Assembly (NCBI RefSeq): GCF_006345805.1
Contig: NW_021836222.1
Location: 1 to 24,801 of the forward strand
Length of the DNA: 24,801 nucleotides
Direction of reading: 5' to 3'
DNA from: Octopus sinensis
Lineage: Eukaryota
Shown here: positions 1-11,559 of the stretch, piece after piece
Position numbering within the stretch: the stretch's first letter is position 1
Layout: every line of letters starts with the position of its first letter
The notes under the pieces: model-generated
The model's database searches: none
What the model was told of the DNA's origin: nothing
Seen by the model: only the letters and a program-made list of their open reading frames with translations
Position numbers and translations under genes: made by a program

Positions 1-590
1 ATGTCATATGAAATGTCCTGCCATGTCACCAGGTGACCATCCATGACATGTCACCATGTGACCTCTTGATGACTAAGTCACCTGATTGACCTGTCATGTC
101 ACCTGGTGACCTTTCATGACACATCATCAAATGACCTACTGTGTCACTGGATGACCTGCCAAGACGCATAACCAGTGGGGTCCTGGTCTATGTCAGTCAG
201 TATGTGACCTTTGCAAGTCAACCTTGCGACAGGGCATGTCATTTGATGAGTTTCTCTTTGTATGTCACCTGGTGACCTGCAATTCTAAGTCACCAGATGA
301 CATTCTAATATATGTGACCTACTCCCCTATATCCCCAGGTGATCTACTCCGATATGTGACCTAATGACCTATTATCATATATCATTAGGTGATCATTTAT
401 TGTTGTATTTGACCTGGGATAATAACATGGGAAGTTATATTGTTCACTGACACACTGCATGTCAACAGGCAGGTGACCTATAACCTATATGTCATTGAAT
501 GACCTCCTACTATGTGTCACATGATGCATTGGCACACTGCATGTCATCAGGCAGGTGGGCCCATAACCTGTATATCAGGTGTCACTCAGT
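1..590. repeat. Degenerate minisatellite built on the quasi-palindrome ATGTCACC(A/T)GGTGACCT
   Basis: GTCACCWGGTGACC occurs at about 25, 98 and 264, with many decayed variants. TGACCT occurs 13 times in 59-505. There is a local duplication CACACTGCATGTCA..CAGGCAGGTG at about 451 and 533. Confidence 0.65.
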
Positions 591-1188
591 AATCTATCAT
601 GATATGCCATTTCCCAACCAATTAAATTTTAAGCCTCTGCATGATTATTTGCACCTGCCAGAAATAACAGTCAAATGTCCCTTGAATGACACCCTACTCT
701 TGTTCCTAACACTTCCATTACCACCTGGCCCTTTGTTGTTGGGTGCTTTTAGCCAATTTCACTTCACTGCTAACATTTGGGCCATTCCCTCCACACCAAG
801 GTTTGGTCTTGCAACAAACACTGACCTAGAGATAATTAGGTGACATTATCAACTTCTTTAATTTCTCAAGTCTGAAATGTCCTATAATAGTCAAAGGCAC
901 TACCCCACCCTCCATGCACTCCTATGCCTATATATTTTCAGAAATTAGTTGAAAGATAGGAGGGTGCGTCTTGTATTGTTGATGGAGGTACTCTTTATAG
1001 TTAGTGTCAATACTCCTTATTGTTTATATGACAACTGTTACTCATACCCTCACAAAAACATTATTTCACCATACCTTCTTTGCTATTATAGTGACCCAAC
1101 TATTAAGTTTCCCATTAAATAGAATTAAACTCCTTTATTATAGAGAGTCCCTTGGTGTATTGCAGAGTAAGTTACTATGTTAAGAGAT

Positions 1189-1256
1189 CAGATGGCTAAG
1201 TTGATAAGCTACCAGACATTTAATCAAGAGGTTGATGGTTCAAATGCTGCCAGCAA
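1189..1256 (+). mobile_element. Decayed tRNA-derived (SINE-head-like) segment
   Basis: A-box-like TGGCTAAGTTGA (1193) and B-box-like GGTTCAAATGC (1237) at tRNA-like spacing; the cloverleaf is not intact. Confidence 0.4.
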
Positions 1257-1494
1257 CACAGTAAGGGATTTATCTATGTGCAACACACCTGGTCTGCTGA
1301 GCTAGAAGTAGACTCTACAAGGAATGTAGTGTGTAATAGATGAATTTGTTATTAGCTTGTGGTTTGCGATAAACTCAAATCCTTCTATAAGTATAGCTTT
1401 AGCCTTCTAAAACAGATGGGAAAATATGAGACAGCCTACATGAAGATAATCCTCAATGGGGCCATGAAATACCTAATGGATTCGGGATTTAACA

Positions 1495-1640
1495 ATGTGT
1501 GGCCAAGTGGTTAGGGTGTTTGGTTCGTGAGTATGAGGCCATTGCTTCAGATTGTGGTCCCGGCAGTGAGTTGTGTGCTTGAGCAAGGTGTTTCATTTCA
1601 CATTGCTTCAGCCAACTTGGCTGTAATGAGTAGCAACCCA
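1495..1640 (+). mobile_element. Old tRNA-derived SINE fragment
   Basis: A-box TGGCCAAGTGG, followed by a central SINE-domain-like tract TGTGTGCTTGAGCAAGGTGTTTCATTTCACATTGCTTCAG...GCTGTAATGAGTA. Confidence 0.5.
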
Positions 1641-1711
1641 TAGCTGATAAAACCCTCTCCTACTCCAGCTGTCACATCTTCAATGTTTCATTGGATCAAT
1701 CAAAGCTGAGA

Positions 1712-1797
1712 AGGCCAAGAAGGGGGTCTATGTCTGCCAAGAACATAGGATTCCATGGACTAAAGAATTCTAGGCCAAGAAGGGGATCTATGTCTGC
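1712..1797. repeat. 26-bp direct repeat, 60-bp period
   Basis: AGGCCAAGAAGGGG(G/A)TCTATGTCTGC at 1712-1737 and 1772-1797, one mismatch. Confidence 0.85.
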
Positions 1798-2679
1798 TCA
1801 TGACTACATAAGTATCTACAACAATTAAAATAATTATGGCACACATTACCAAGCCATACTAACTTGAGTGTAGTGGCAGCTTGGCATTACTCTCCTGTTC
1901 TCACCCCAATCCTAGATGGCCCAACACTACAGTTCACGCCTCTAGAATTCCTTCATGTATCTGTATGTCCTAACTTATTCCAGGTTCGGTTCCACACCTT
2001 CTGTAAACCTCTTCTCTGCCTATAAAATTTTCGTACAGAGAAATAAAATTACAGATTGGTCAGGGCTTAAACATAGTTAATCATAGATCTGCACATTCAG
2101 GGATTATCTGAGATTAGTCACCAAAATAATACCACCTAACTGTACACCAACAACATCCAGAGGGTTTTATGGCATTATTTATACTTTACACATCTTAATG
2201 TGATCACCCAAATAAACTTACTGTGTATCCCTCTGCCATATTTTCCTTTAGTGAAATATTCACCCCATCAAATTGTGATGATATTGTATTCATGCTTACT
2301 CCCTTCACAAATAATACTCCTGCCCAGCCTATCATATTTCCAACTGTATAAGTCTATTTCTTACGGGATCTATTTCATTGTTCAGTGTTCGAAGTTCTTA
2401 GGACTTTAAAATTGTAATGCGTGTGTGTGTGTATGTCTGTGTGTGCGCGCATGTGTGTAAGAAATGCAATCATCAGATGAATGGCCTTTCGGTATACTAA
2501 TGTTAGACATATAACTTCTGCAGCGACATAAACTGAGAGCCGTTTTACTGGTCATAAAACAGAACAGATTCCGACAGTTGTAAAGTTTAAGTATTATTAG
2601 TATATAACATATTAGCTTTTCAATAAACAGACACATTATGTACATTTTATGATGGTTGTGATTTTACTTTGTTCATAAA

Positions 2680-2709
2680 ATATATATATATCTGTATATA
2701 TATGTATAT

Positions 2710-2796
<87 letters not shown>

Positions 2797-3035
2797 ATGT
2801 GTGTGTTTATGCATACAAATATAAATGTATGTATATATATATATGTATGCATACATGCATATATATATATATATATATATATACAAATATACATATGTCC
2901 TTATATATATATATTATATATATAATATACATATACATATATATATGTATGTATATGTGTGTGCGTGTGTGTTTCTGTGTGTGAATGTATTGTGGTGTGT
3001 GTGGGCATATATATATATATATCTATATATATATA

Positions 3036-3093
<58 letters not shown>

Positions 3094-3310
3094 TATATAT
3101 ATAATATATATATATATGTATATATATATACACACACATACAGAGATACATATAGGTGGATAGATATATATATGTCCAAATGGTTATAAGCATATACATG
3201 TCCAGCAACAACACACATGTACACACATACGTATGCACACACACACACATGCACACTTGCTTATATACACATGCACACATATACACATACACATACACAC
3301 ATACATTTAT
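2680..3310. repeat. Compound (TA)n/(TG)n/(CA)n microsatellite field
   Basis: Directly visible; it explains the YIYI/CVCV ORFs. Confidence 0.95.
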
Positions 3311-3597
3311 CAGCGTGCTTTCCATATCTTTAACATTTTTGTTTGTTTGTTTGTTTTTGTTTTTATTTGGTTTTTTTTTTTGTTTATATATCAAAATATG
3401 AGAAGAAATGGATTTTGATTTTATAAATTCCATATAACAGAGAAATTATAATTTCCATTATTTTTTTATTTTTTTTGGTCTTCTTAAAATACAATTGTAA
3501 AAAAAAAAGAAATGAAATTCTAAAACGTGATAATCATATTTTTTCAAACAATTTTATTTTATTTTTTGGTGTATCAGAATATCTTATTTCATTTCTT

Positions 3598-3614
3598 ATT
3601 TGTTGTTGTTGTTG

Positions 3615-3696
<82 letters not shown>
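3598..3696. repeat. (TTG)n(TTA)n microsatellite
   Basis: Directly visible. Confidence 0.95.
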
Positions 3697-3697
<1 letters not shown>

Positions 3698-3964
3698 TCT
3701 TCAATAGTAATACGAAAATAAGGCAAAAGAAAAAGAATGAAAAAATACAAAAAAAAATCGCATAATAAAATTCTTTACATCTTGATAAAATGTTTCTAGC
3801 TCTTGATTTTGTGTGTGAAGTTGTAGTTATTGCTGCTGCTGCTGTTGTTGTTGTTGTTGTCGTCGATGGTGGTAGTGGTGGTGGTAGTGGCCATCTTGTT
3901 TAAACCATGACTTTGAGTTTGAATTTGTGAGATCAAAAACATGCCACTTGTGACCATGTAATCT

Positions 3965-4229
<265 letters not shown>

Positions 4230-5600
4230 ATCATCATCATCATCATTTAGCGTCCGTTTTCCATGCTAGCATGGGTTGGACGGTTTAACTGGGGTCTGTG
4301 AAGCCGGAAGGCTTCATGAGGCCCAGTCAGATTTGGCAGTGTTTCTACGGCTGGATGCCCTTCCTAACGCCAACCACTCCGTGAGTGTAGTGGGTGCTTT
4401 TTACGTGCCACCTGCACTGGTGCCAGACAGAGCTGGCAAACGGCCACGAACTGATGGTGTTTTTACGTGCCACCGGCACGGGGGCCAGGCGAGGCTGGCA
4501 ACGGACACGAGTGGATGGTGGATGGTGCTTTTACGTACCAACGGTACGGGGGCCAGGCGAGGCTGGCAACGGACACGAACGGATGGTGCTTTTACGTGCT
4601 ACCGGCACGGGGGCCAGGCGAGGCTGGCAACGGACACGAGTGGATGGTGGATGGTGCTTTTACGTACCAACGGTACGGGGGCCAGGCGAGGCTGGCAACG
4701 GACACGAACGGATGGTGCTTTTACGTGCTACCGGCACGGGGGCCGGGCAAGGCTGGCAACGGACACGAGCGGATGGTGCTTTTACGTGCCAACAGCACGG
4801 GGGCCAGGCGAGGCTGGCAACGGACACGAACGGATGGTGCTTTTACATGCTACCAGCACGGGGGCCAGGCGAGGCTGACAATGGACACGAGCGGATGGTG
4901 CTTTTACGTGCCAATGGCACGGGGGCCAGGCGAGGCTGGCAACGGACAAACGATCGGATGGTTCGCTTAACCACAGCTGCAATTTCCACTGATGTTGATT
5001 TGGTTTGATTTTGACTGTTCTCACTGGTCTTGCCGGGTCTTCTCACGCACAACATACTTCCATAGGTCTCGGTCTCTAGTCATTTCCTTGGTGAGACCTA
5101 AAGTTCGAAGGTCGTGCTTCACCACCTCGTCCCAGGTTTTCCTGGATCTACCTCTTCCACAGGTTCCCTCAACTGCTAGAGTGTGGCACTTTTGCACACA
5201 ACTATCTTCACCCATTCTCGTCACATGCCCATACCAGCGCAGACGTCTCTCTTGCACACCACAACTGATGCTTCTTAGGTTCAACTTTTCTCTCAATGTA
5301 CTTACACTCTGTCGATTATGAACACAGACATTACACATCCATCGGAGCATACTGGCTTCATTTCTTGCGAGCTTACGCATATCCTCAGCAGTCACAGCCC
5401 ATGTTTCACTACCATGTAGCATGGCTGTACGTACACATGCATCATACAGTCTGCCTTTTACTCTGAGCGAGAGGCCTTTTGTCACCAGCAGGGGTAAGAG
5501 CTCTCTAAACTTTGCCCAGGCTATTCTTACTCTAGCAGTTACACTTTCAGCACACCCACCCCCGCTACTGACTTGGTCACCTAGGTAGCGGAAGCTATCA
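4230..5600 (-). mobile_element. 5'-truncated RTE-clade LINE (RT C-terminal region, 3' UTR and (ATG)n tail)
   Basis: Open frame 5021-5599 reads DSFRYLG...ARVRIAWAKFREL...LY..CVRTAMLHGSETW...LRWYGHVTRM...RGRSRKTW, the typical post-RT C-terminus of RTE ORFs. A short-repeat 3' tail (ATG)n lies at 4230-4246. (TA)n flanks both sides. Confidence 0.9.
4392..4962. repeat. GC-rich minisatellite in the RTE 3' UTR: 9 units of 61 bp (two of 68 bp) with an alternating A/B higher-order structure
   Basis: Unit GGATGGTGCTTTTACGTGCYAMCGGCACGGGGGCCAGGCGAGGCTGGCAACGGACACGARC; a 129-bp dimer is duplicated. Confidence 0.92.
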
Positions 5601-5681
5601 ATATATATATATATATATATTTCCGTGAGAGTTAGAGGTTGGTAAGCCACAAAAGGAATGGTATCTATCCAATATACTTTT

Positions 5682-6382
5682 AGAGTGGAGTAAAAACTTA
5701 CAGAATTGGTCCCTAGAGCAGTGGAAGAATATTATCTCGGACAGTCATCCTTTACCTTATTTCTGACCACCGGGCGAGTATACGTGTGAAGACAGTCAAA
5801 AGAAGTATGTGACCCAGACTGTCTTCTTACAACTGTTAATCATGGAGGAGGATCTTTGATGATCTGGTGGGGGTGGGGTGGGGGGTTAAATCTTGGAAAT
5901 CCGCCGGCCCAATGGTTTTCCTTCATGGCAGAATTAACAGTCAAGACTATTTAAGCATTTTATCTGATCAAATTTATCCTATGGTTGTGGAACTGTTTCC
6001 GGAGGGAAACGCAATCTTTCAGGATGATAATGCACCAATTCACACAGCTAAAGTTGTTACTGAATGGCACGAGGAACATTCTATCGAAGTTGAACATCTT
6101 ATCTGGCCACCACAGTCCTCAGAGCTCAATATTATTGAACATTTATGGTGCATTTTAGAAAAACAAGTAGGAGTCGATATCCTCCACCACCGTCACTACA
6201 AGAACTGGAGACTGATTTAGCTGAAGAATGGACAAAAGTTCTTTTGGAAACAATTCAAACTTTGTACGAGTCCATACCTCGTAGAATTCAAGCTGTAATT
6301 ACTGCTAAAGGCGGTTCTACCCCATATTAAAATAAATTTATTTGAAATTTTAAGGTGTTTCTATTATTTTGTTCAACCTCTG
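5682..6382 (+). mobile_element. Tc1-family (DD34E) transposon, 3' half, pseudogenised, with right TIR
   Basis: Translations include TVNHGGGSLMIW, IFQDDNAPIH, WPPQSSELNIIEHLW and SIPRRIQAVITAKGGSTPY*, with frameshifts. The terminal GGTGTTTCTATTATTTTGTTCAACCTCTG is followed by TA. Confidence 0.9.
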
Positions 6383-6421
6383 TATATATACATACACACA
6401 CACCACACACACACACACATA

Positions 6422-8722
6422 TGTTGTTGTCTCTGGAGACAATGGAGTTGCGCATAAAATAACCTAGTCCGATTTTTACATTTCATGTCCTAATACATCT
6501 CCTGCTGTGGATGTGTAGTCCTACCCTGGACAAACACTCCCTCAGGCAGGTGCCGCAAATGTAGCGAAGACTTTGCCTGGCTGGTTGTAATGTCATAGTT
6601 TCTTGTTGACGTCTTTTCTTGTCTTTCCATTTCTCCTTTCTCACTATGTCACTCCTTTGTGTTCCCTCTTCTACGGTCCGTCGCCAATCTCCACGGTTGC
6701 TGACAACAGCTTCCCAGTTGCTAATATTGATGTCGCAGACATTCATGTCACTTTTGCAATCATCCTTGTATCGTAAGAACGGTCTTCCCACAGACCTAGT
6801 GCCCTAGCAAGCTCTCCGTTCAGTATGTCCTTGGGGATTCTGCCATCTTCCATACTGCTAACATGTCCAAGCCATCTCATACGTCTTTATGTGAGGAGTA
6901 CAAACATGCTTGGTATTCCTGCTTGCTTGAGGACATCTTTATTGGAGACACGATTCTGCCATTTGATGCCAAGTATTTTCCGGAGGCAGCGCAGGTGAAA
7001 GATATTTAGGCGACGCTCTTAGGGTGTGTATGGCATCCAGGTCTCCCTGCCATACAGTAGAGTTATAAGTACACATGCCTGGTAAATTTTCATTTTTGTG
7101 GTCTTGCTCAGCTTATTATTGTCCCATGCCTGTTTGGAGAGTTGGGCCATCACAGCAGCTGCCTTGCCAATGCGTATATTGAACTCAGCATCAAGGGATA
7201 GGTTGTAGGTGACGGTAGAGCCAAGATAGGTAATCTTCTCCACCTCCTGTAGTCTGTGGTCTCCAATATGTATATTTTGGATGTCCGATGTAGCCTGACC
7301 CATGTTGGTCTTCTTGAGGCTGAAAACTAAGCCACAGTCGCTACATTCTTCCTCAAAGTAGCTGATGAGCTTTTGCAGGGCTTCTGTGCGTGATACCAGA
7401 GCGGCATCATCATCAAAGAGCATCTCCTTAATCAGGACGCTTCTGATTTTGGTATTGGCACACAGACACGAGAGATTGAACAGTTTTCCGTCACTTCTAC
7501 TATGCAAAAACACTCCATCATCTGATGTCTCAAAGGCATGTGACAGCAGCAGTGAGAAGATGCCAAATAATGAAGGAGCAAGGACACAACATTGCTTTAC
7601 CCCGTTTTTTTTTTATTTGGAAGGCGGCTGGTATTGAACCATTTTGCTGTATGGTGCCTTGCATATCATCATGGTAAGATTTGATGATCCTCAGCAGCTT
7701 TGGTGGACATCTGATTTTTTGGAGCAGGATGAAGAGGCCTTTACTACTTACTTCGTCAGATCAATGAAGGCCATATATAATGGTATTTTCTGCTCTCTGG
7801 ACTTCTCTTGAAGTTGGCGTATGGAGAATATCATGTCAAATGTTGATTTGCTTCTTCTAAAGCCACACTGCGATTCTGGATAAATTCGAGAAGCAAGCAG
7901 TTGTAGCCTGGACAGGATAATGCGAGAAAAGGTCTTTCCAACAGTGCTTAGAAGAGATATTCCACGGTAATTGTTACAATCACCATGGTCACCTTTGTTT
8001 TGTAAAGCGTAATGATATTAGCATCCCGCATATTCTGAGGGACTGTACCCTCTTCCCAGCACTGAAACAGAAGCTCATGAAGGTGCCGAAGCAGGGCGGT
8101 GTTTTTTCCAGCTTTGATGATCTCTGAGGGGATGCTATCTTTTCCCGGAGTCTTGCCAATAGCTAGAGAGTCAATAGCCTTGGTGAGCTCTGCTATAGAC
8201 GGCAGACTGTCAAGTTCGCACATAGCTGGCAAGATCTTGACACCCTCGATTGCAGCCTCAGCTACTGTGGTCTCCCGTGAGTAGAGATCCTGGTAGCACT
8301 CCACCCATCTATCCATTTGCTTGCTTTGGTCCTTGATGAGATCTCCAGTAGTTGATTTCAGAGGGGCTGACGTGGTTGCGGATGAACCGAGGGCTTTCTT
8401 CAAACTAGCGTACATCCCACGGGTGACGACACTGTTAGCAGCTGACTGGATACTCTGACAGATTTCCTGCCAATACTTATTTGCACAGCGTCTGGCAGTC
8501 AGTTGGGTTTAATTTCTTCCCTTTCTGAGTTCTTCGAGTGACTTGGTAGAAGAATCTCTCTTGTATTGCATCAGAGCTGCGCGCTTTGCTTCGATAACTG
8601 GTTCCAGCTCTGAGAGCCCAGCACTGAACCAATCTGGGTTTTGCCTTTCACTCATGCCGAAAGTACCTATTGATGTTTCCCTGATATAATTCCACCTACT
8701 TTCAGTAGGCACACAGTTTCTC
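6422..8722 (-). mobile_element. 5'-truncated, decayed RTE (BovB-like) LINE, a different family from the 4230-5600 copy
   Basis: Fragmented ORF (8509-8712, 7948-8415, 7019-7513, 6483-6791) with motifs GKTPGKDSIPSE, DANIITLYK, CVLAPSLF, MLFDDD (RT active-site position), TYLGS, LLYGRETW and a C-terminal CxxC..SRVGLHIH zinc knuckle. The 3' end is CCATTGTCTCCAGAGAC-(AAC)n. Many stops and frameshifts. Confidence 0.92.
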
Positions 8723-8871
8723 TTATATATATATCAGTGCGTGTTGATTCAATGTGACTGCGTATACACGAGCGAAAGTATACACAAAAAAATGCACACC
8801 CAAAATAAGGCGAGAAACCTTGACCATCGACAGCGTACATGACCGATATATTACACAAGTTAAATTAATAT

Positions 8872-9312
8872 GCACGTGTGTACGTGCGTGCGTGTGTGTG
8901 TGTGTGTGTGCATGCGTGTGCGTGTGTGTGTGCACGCGCGTGTGTGCGTGTGTGTGCGCGTGTGTGTATGTGTGTGAGCCGGCGTGTGTGTGTGCGTGTG
9001 TGTATGTGTGTGAGCCGGCGTGTGTGTGTGTGAGACGGCGTGTGTGTGTGTGCATGTGTGTGTTCGTGTGTGTATGTGTGTGAGCCGGCGTGTGTGTGTG
9101 TGAGACGGCGTGAGTGTGTGTGTGCGTGTGTGCGTGTGTGTATGTGTGAGCCGGCGTGTGCGTGTGTGCACGCGCGTGTGTGCATGTGTGTGTGCGTGTC
9201 TGCGTGTGTGTGTATTTGTGTGAGCCGGCGTGTGTGTGTGTGAGACGGCGTGTGTGTGTGTGCATGTGTGTGCGTTTGTGTGTATATGTGTGCATGTGTG
9301 TGTGCGTGCGTG
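8872..9312. repeat. (GT)n-derived minisatellite punctuated by GAGCCGGC / GAGACGGC
   Basis: Six GAGCCGGC and three GAGACGGC interruptions recur in a (GT)n background. Confidence 0.9.
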
Positions 9313-9344
9313 TTATCGCATTACAAGTATTGTTTTCAAATTTA

Positions 9345-9530
9345 GCAGAAAACCAACAATTTCGGGGCAAGGTATAAGTCGATTATATCGACAATAAGTG
9401 CTCAACGATTTTCTCTTTTGTCGACCCCAGAACGATCAAAGGCAAAGTTAACCACGGTGAAACTTAAACTCAGAACGTAAAGACGGACAAAATGCCCCTA
9501 AGCATATTGTCCGGCCAATTCACTGCCTTG
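9345..9530 (-). mobile_element. Decayed SINE, same family as 12616-12846
   Basis: The reverse complement aligns by eye to the 12616 element (GTCGATTATATCGAC, GTCGACCCC, AAAGGCAAAGT, AACTCAGAACGTAA, TAAGCAT). Confidence 0.75.
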
Positions 9531-9787
9531 ATATACCAAACTGTCTTTCCGAATGCCAAATTTTTCATTTAATACGTAATCAAACGGGAGTTACCTCCCG
9601 TAACCTGCTCGCACGTAGAGGTAAGTATTTCAAGGGAGGTAACCTATATTTGTACGATATTTCATTAGTGCAATCAAGTGCTATTGGTTGCAGTAAAACC
9701 ACGTGATTCAGTGATTAGGATATCCACTGCGCGAAATAAAGTCCGTGAGTTCGATTCCTAGGAATGGGGTTGAGTTACTTCTTTGAG

Positions 9788-10130
9788 GTATGGCTGTGAG
9801 GTAAGAAGTCTTTAGTGTCACGCAGCATGGCAACTTGGGAAAGTGTATTCTACTATGACCTCGGGAATGAATTTGGTGGACGGAAACTGAAAGAAGCTTC
9901 CCATATACTTATATGTGTATATATCTATGTGTACGTGACATTATGTTTGTTCCTAACCACGTCTTAACAACCGGCGTTGGTTTGTTTACGTTCCCGTAAA
10001 GGATTGGTTCGTCGAAAGAGTCCGATAGAATAAATGCCGGACTTTAAAAAAAAAAAAGCATTGGGGTCAATCTGCGGTGCTGCAGTTTGGCCACAGTTCG
10101 ATGACTGAAACAAAGAGATGAAAAAAAAAA
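9788..10130 (+). mobile_element. Decayed tRNA-derived CORE-like SINE, same family as 13547-14003
   Basis: Shared blocks TGGCTGTG.GGTAAG, CTTGGG.AAGTG, GACGGAAACTGAAAGAAGC, CCGATAGAATAA, GCGGTGCT.CAG and TGACTGAAACAA. Confidence 0.8.
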
Positions 10131-10309
10131 ATAATAAGGTACTTCATTCCTTGTTTCCGTGTACTCAGCTAAGAATTAGAACCAGCCCATCACCGGTGCA
10201 GCACTTTGTCACGTTAGTGACGTATAAATTTCCGCTTTTAGTGTTGTAGAATTGCCAATTAGCCACTCCTATTATTTAAAATTTCCACTTTCACCGTTTA
10301 TGAAATCAG

Positions 10310-10315
10310 CGTATA

Positions 10316-10386
<71 letters not shown>

Positions 10387-10429
10387 TATATATATATAAT
10401 ATATATATTATATATATATTATATATATA

Positions 10430-10468
<39 letters not shown>

Positions 10469-10470
10469 CA
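10310..10470. repeat. (TA)n microsatellite
   Basis: Directly visible. Confidence 0.95.
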
Positions 10471-10474
10471 CAGA

Positions 10475-10752
10475 TATAGGGTGAAATATAATTAATTTAA
10501 TAAAATCAACAAATTTCACCTGATAGTATTTCGGTATGGAAAAGGACCATATTCGGTAAAATTTTATATAACTATAATAATAAGGGTTTTTTGCAACAAG
10601 TTGCTTAAACCACATACCGAAAATATTAGAAATAGCAGCCGAAAATACACTGAATCACGTGGTTTGAGAGCAACCAATAATATTGGCTGCTGTTTCTAAT
10701 ATCTTCGGTATGTGGATTAAGCAACTTGTTGCAAAAAACCCTTATTATTATA

Positions 10753-10756
<4 letters not shown>
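10475..10756. mobile_element. Short fold-back element (68-bp inverted arms) between (TA)n tracts; possibly a Penelope-like terminal fragment or a MITE
   Basis: Arms 10573-10640 and 10685-10752 differ at 3 positions, with a 44-bp spacer. The family assignment is inference. Confidence 0.55.
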
Positions 10757-10810
<54 letters not shown>

Positions 10811-10816
<6 letters not shown>

Positions 10817-11550
10817 TTATATAATTAGGAAACGTCAATTTGTAAGAAAAAGCAAAAGGAAACCATTACATCAGATCTAAAAGGCTCTTAAACAAACTGA
10901 AGAAGATTTGATTTGGTTTTTTTCAAACGAGAAAAACTTCGACCAAGATCAAAAAGTCAACAGAAGAAATGACCGATAGTTATGTGCAGATACTTCTGAA
11001 GTGTCAAGTGTTATGCATACAAAATATCCTGCAACTGTTTGGCTTTTAGTGGTTGTCAGCAATGAAGATCATGTGATACCTCCTTACTTCTTTCGACAAA
11101 GCCTTAGAATTAACCCTGCCGCCTACATTGAGGTCCTAGAAAGAATTGTTAGGCCCTGGATAGACAGTGTATGCAATGGAAGGCCATAGGTATTTCAGTT
11201 GACTCTGCACTATCACACATGGCTCTAGTATCATAGGTTGAAAATTTTCACGATGACATAATCCCTAACATTTGGCCTCCTAATTCCCCAGATCTCAATC
11301 CATTGGACTATTACATGTGGAGCGTTGTTGAGAGAGAGGTCAATGAACACGACCATAGCACCAAAAATTCTTTGAAAGCTGCCATATTCAGAGTAATGTC
11401 CAAAATGAACCAGAACCACTTGATTCCTGAATGTAGATGTTTTAGATCTCGTAAGGGAACAGTTATTGAAGAAGGTGGCTTTATTGAATAACATTATAGA
11501 AAAGAAGGTTTTTTTTTATCCTCATATCATTTATTGATAAATAAAGTTAT
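10811..11550 (+). mobile_element. Tc1/mariner superfamily transposase relic, DD37D (maT)-like
   Basis: Translations include WFFSNEKNFDQDQKVNRRNDR, HTKYPATVWLLVVVSNEDHVIPPYFF, VFQ-DSA and WPPNSPDLNPLDYYMW (D as third catalytic residue). Stops and indels prevent an exact D-D spacing count. Confidence 0.82.
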
Positions 11551-11559
11551 TATCAATTA

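Noticed and set aside
499-843. 114-aa ORF
   Set aside because: No recognisable domain; it begins within a degenerate repeat.
2465-2530. CTGATGA and CGAAAGGCC strings on the minus strand
   Set aside because: The order and spacing cannot form the three hammerhead helices.
4276-5008. Three overlapping 167-204 aa repetitive ORFs; also a superficially CRISPR-like array
   Set aside because: All frames are open because the GC-rich 61-bp unit has no stops. There are no unique spacers or cas genes, and the context is a eukaryotic LINE UTR.
6218-6260. CTGAAGA...GAAAC inside the Tc1 relic
   Set aside because: No helix I or III pairing; it is transposase coding sequence.
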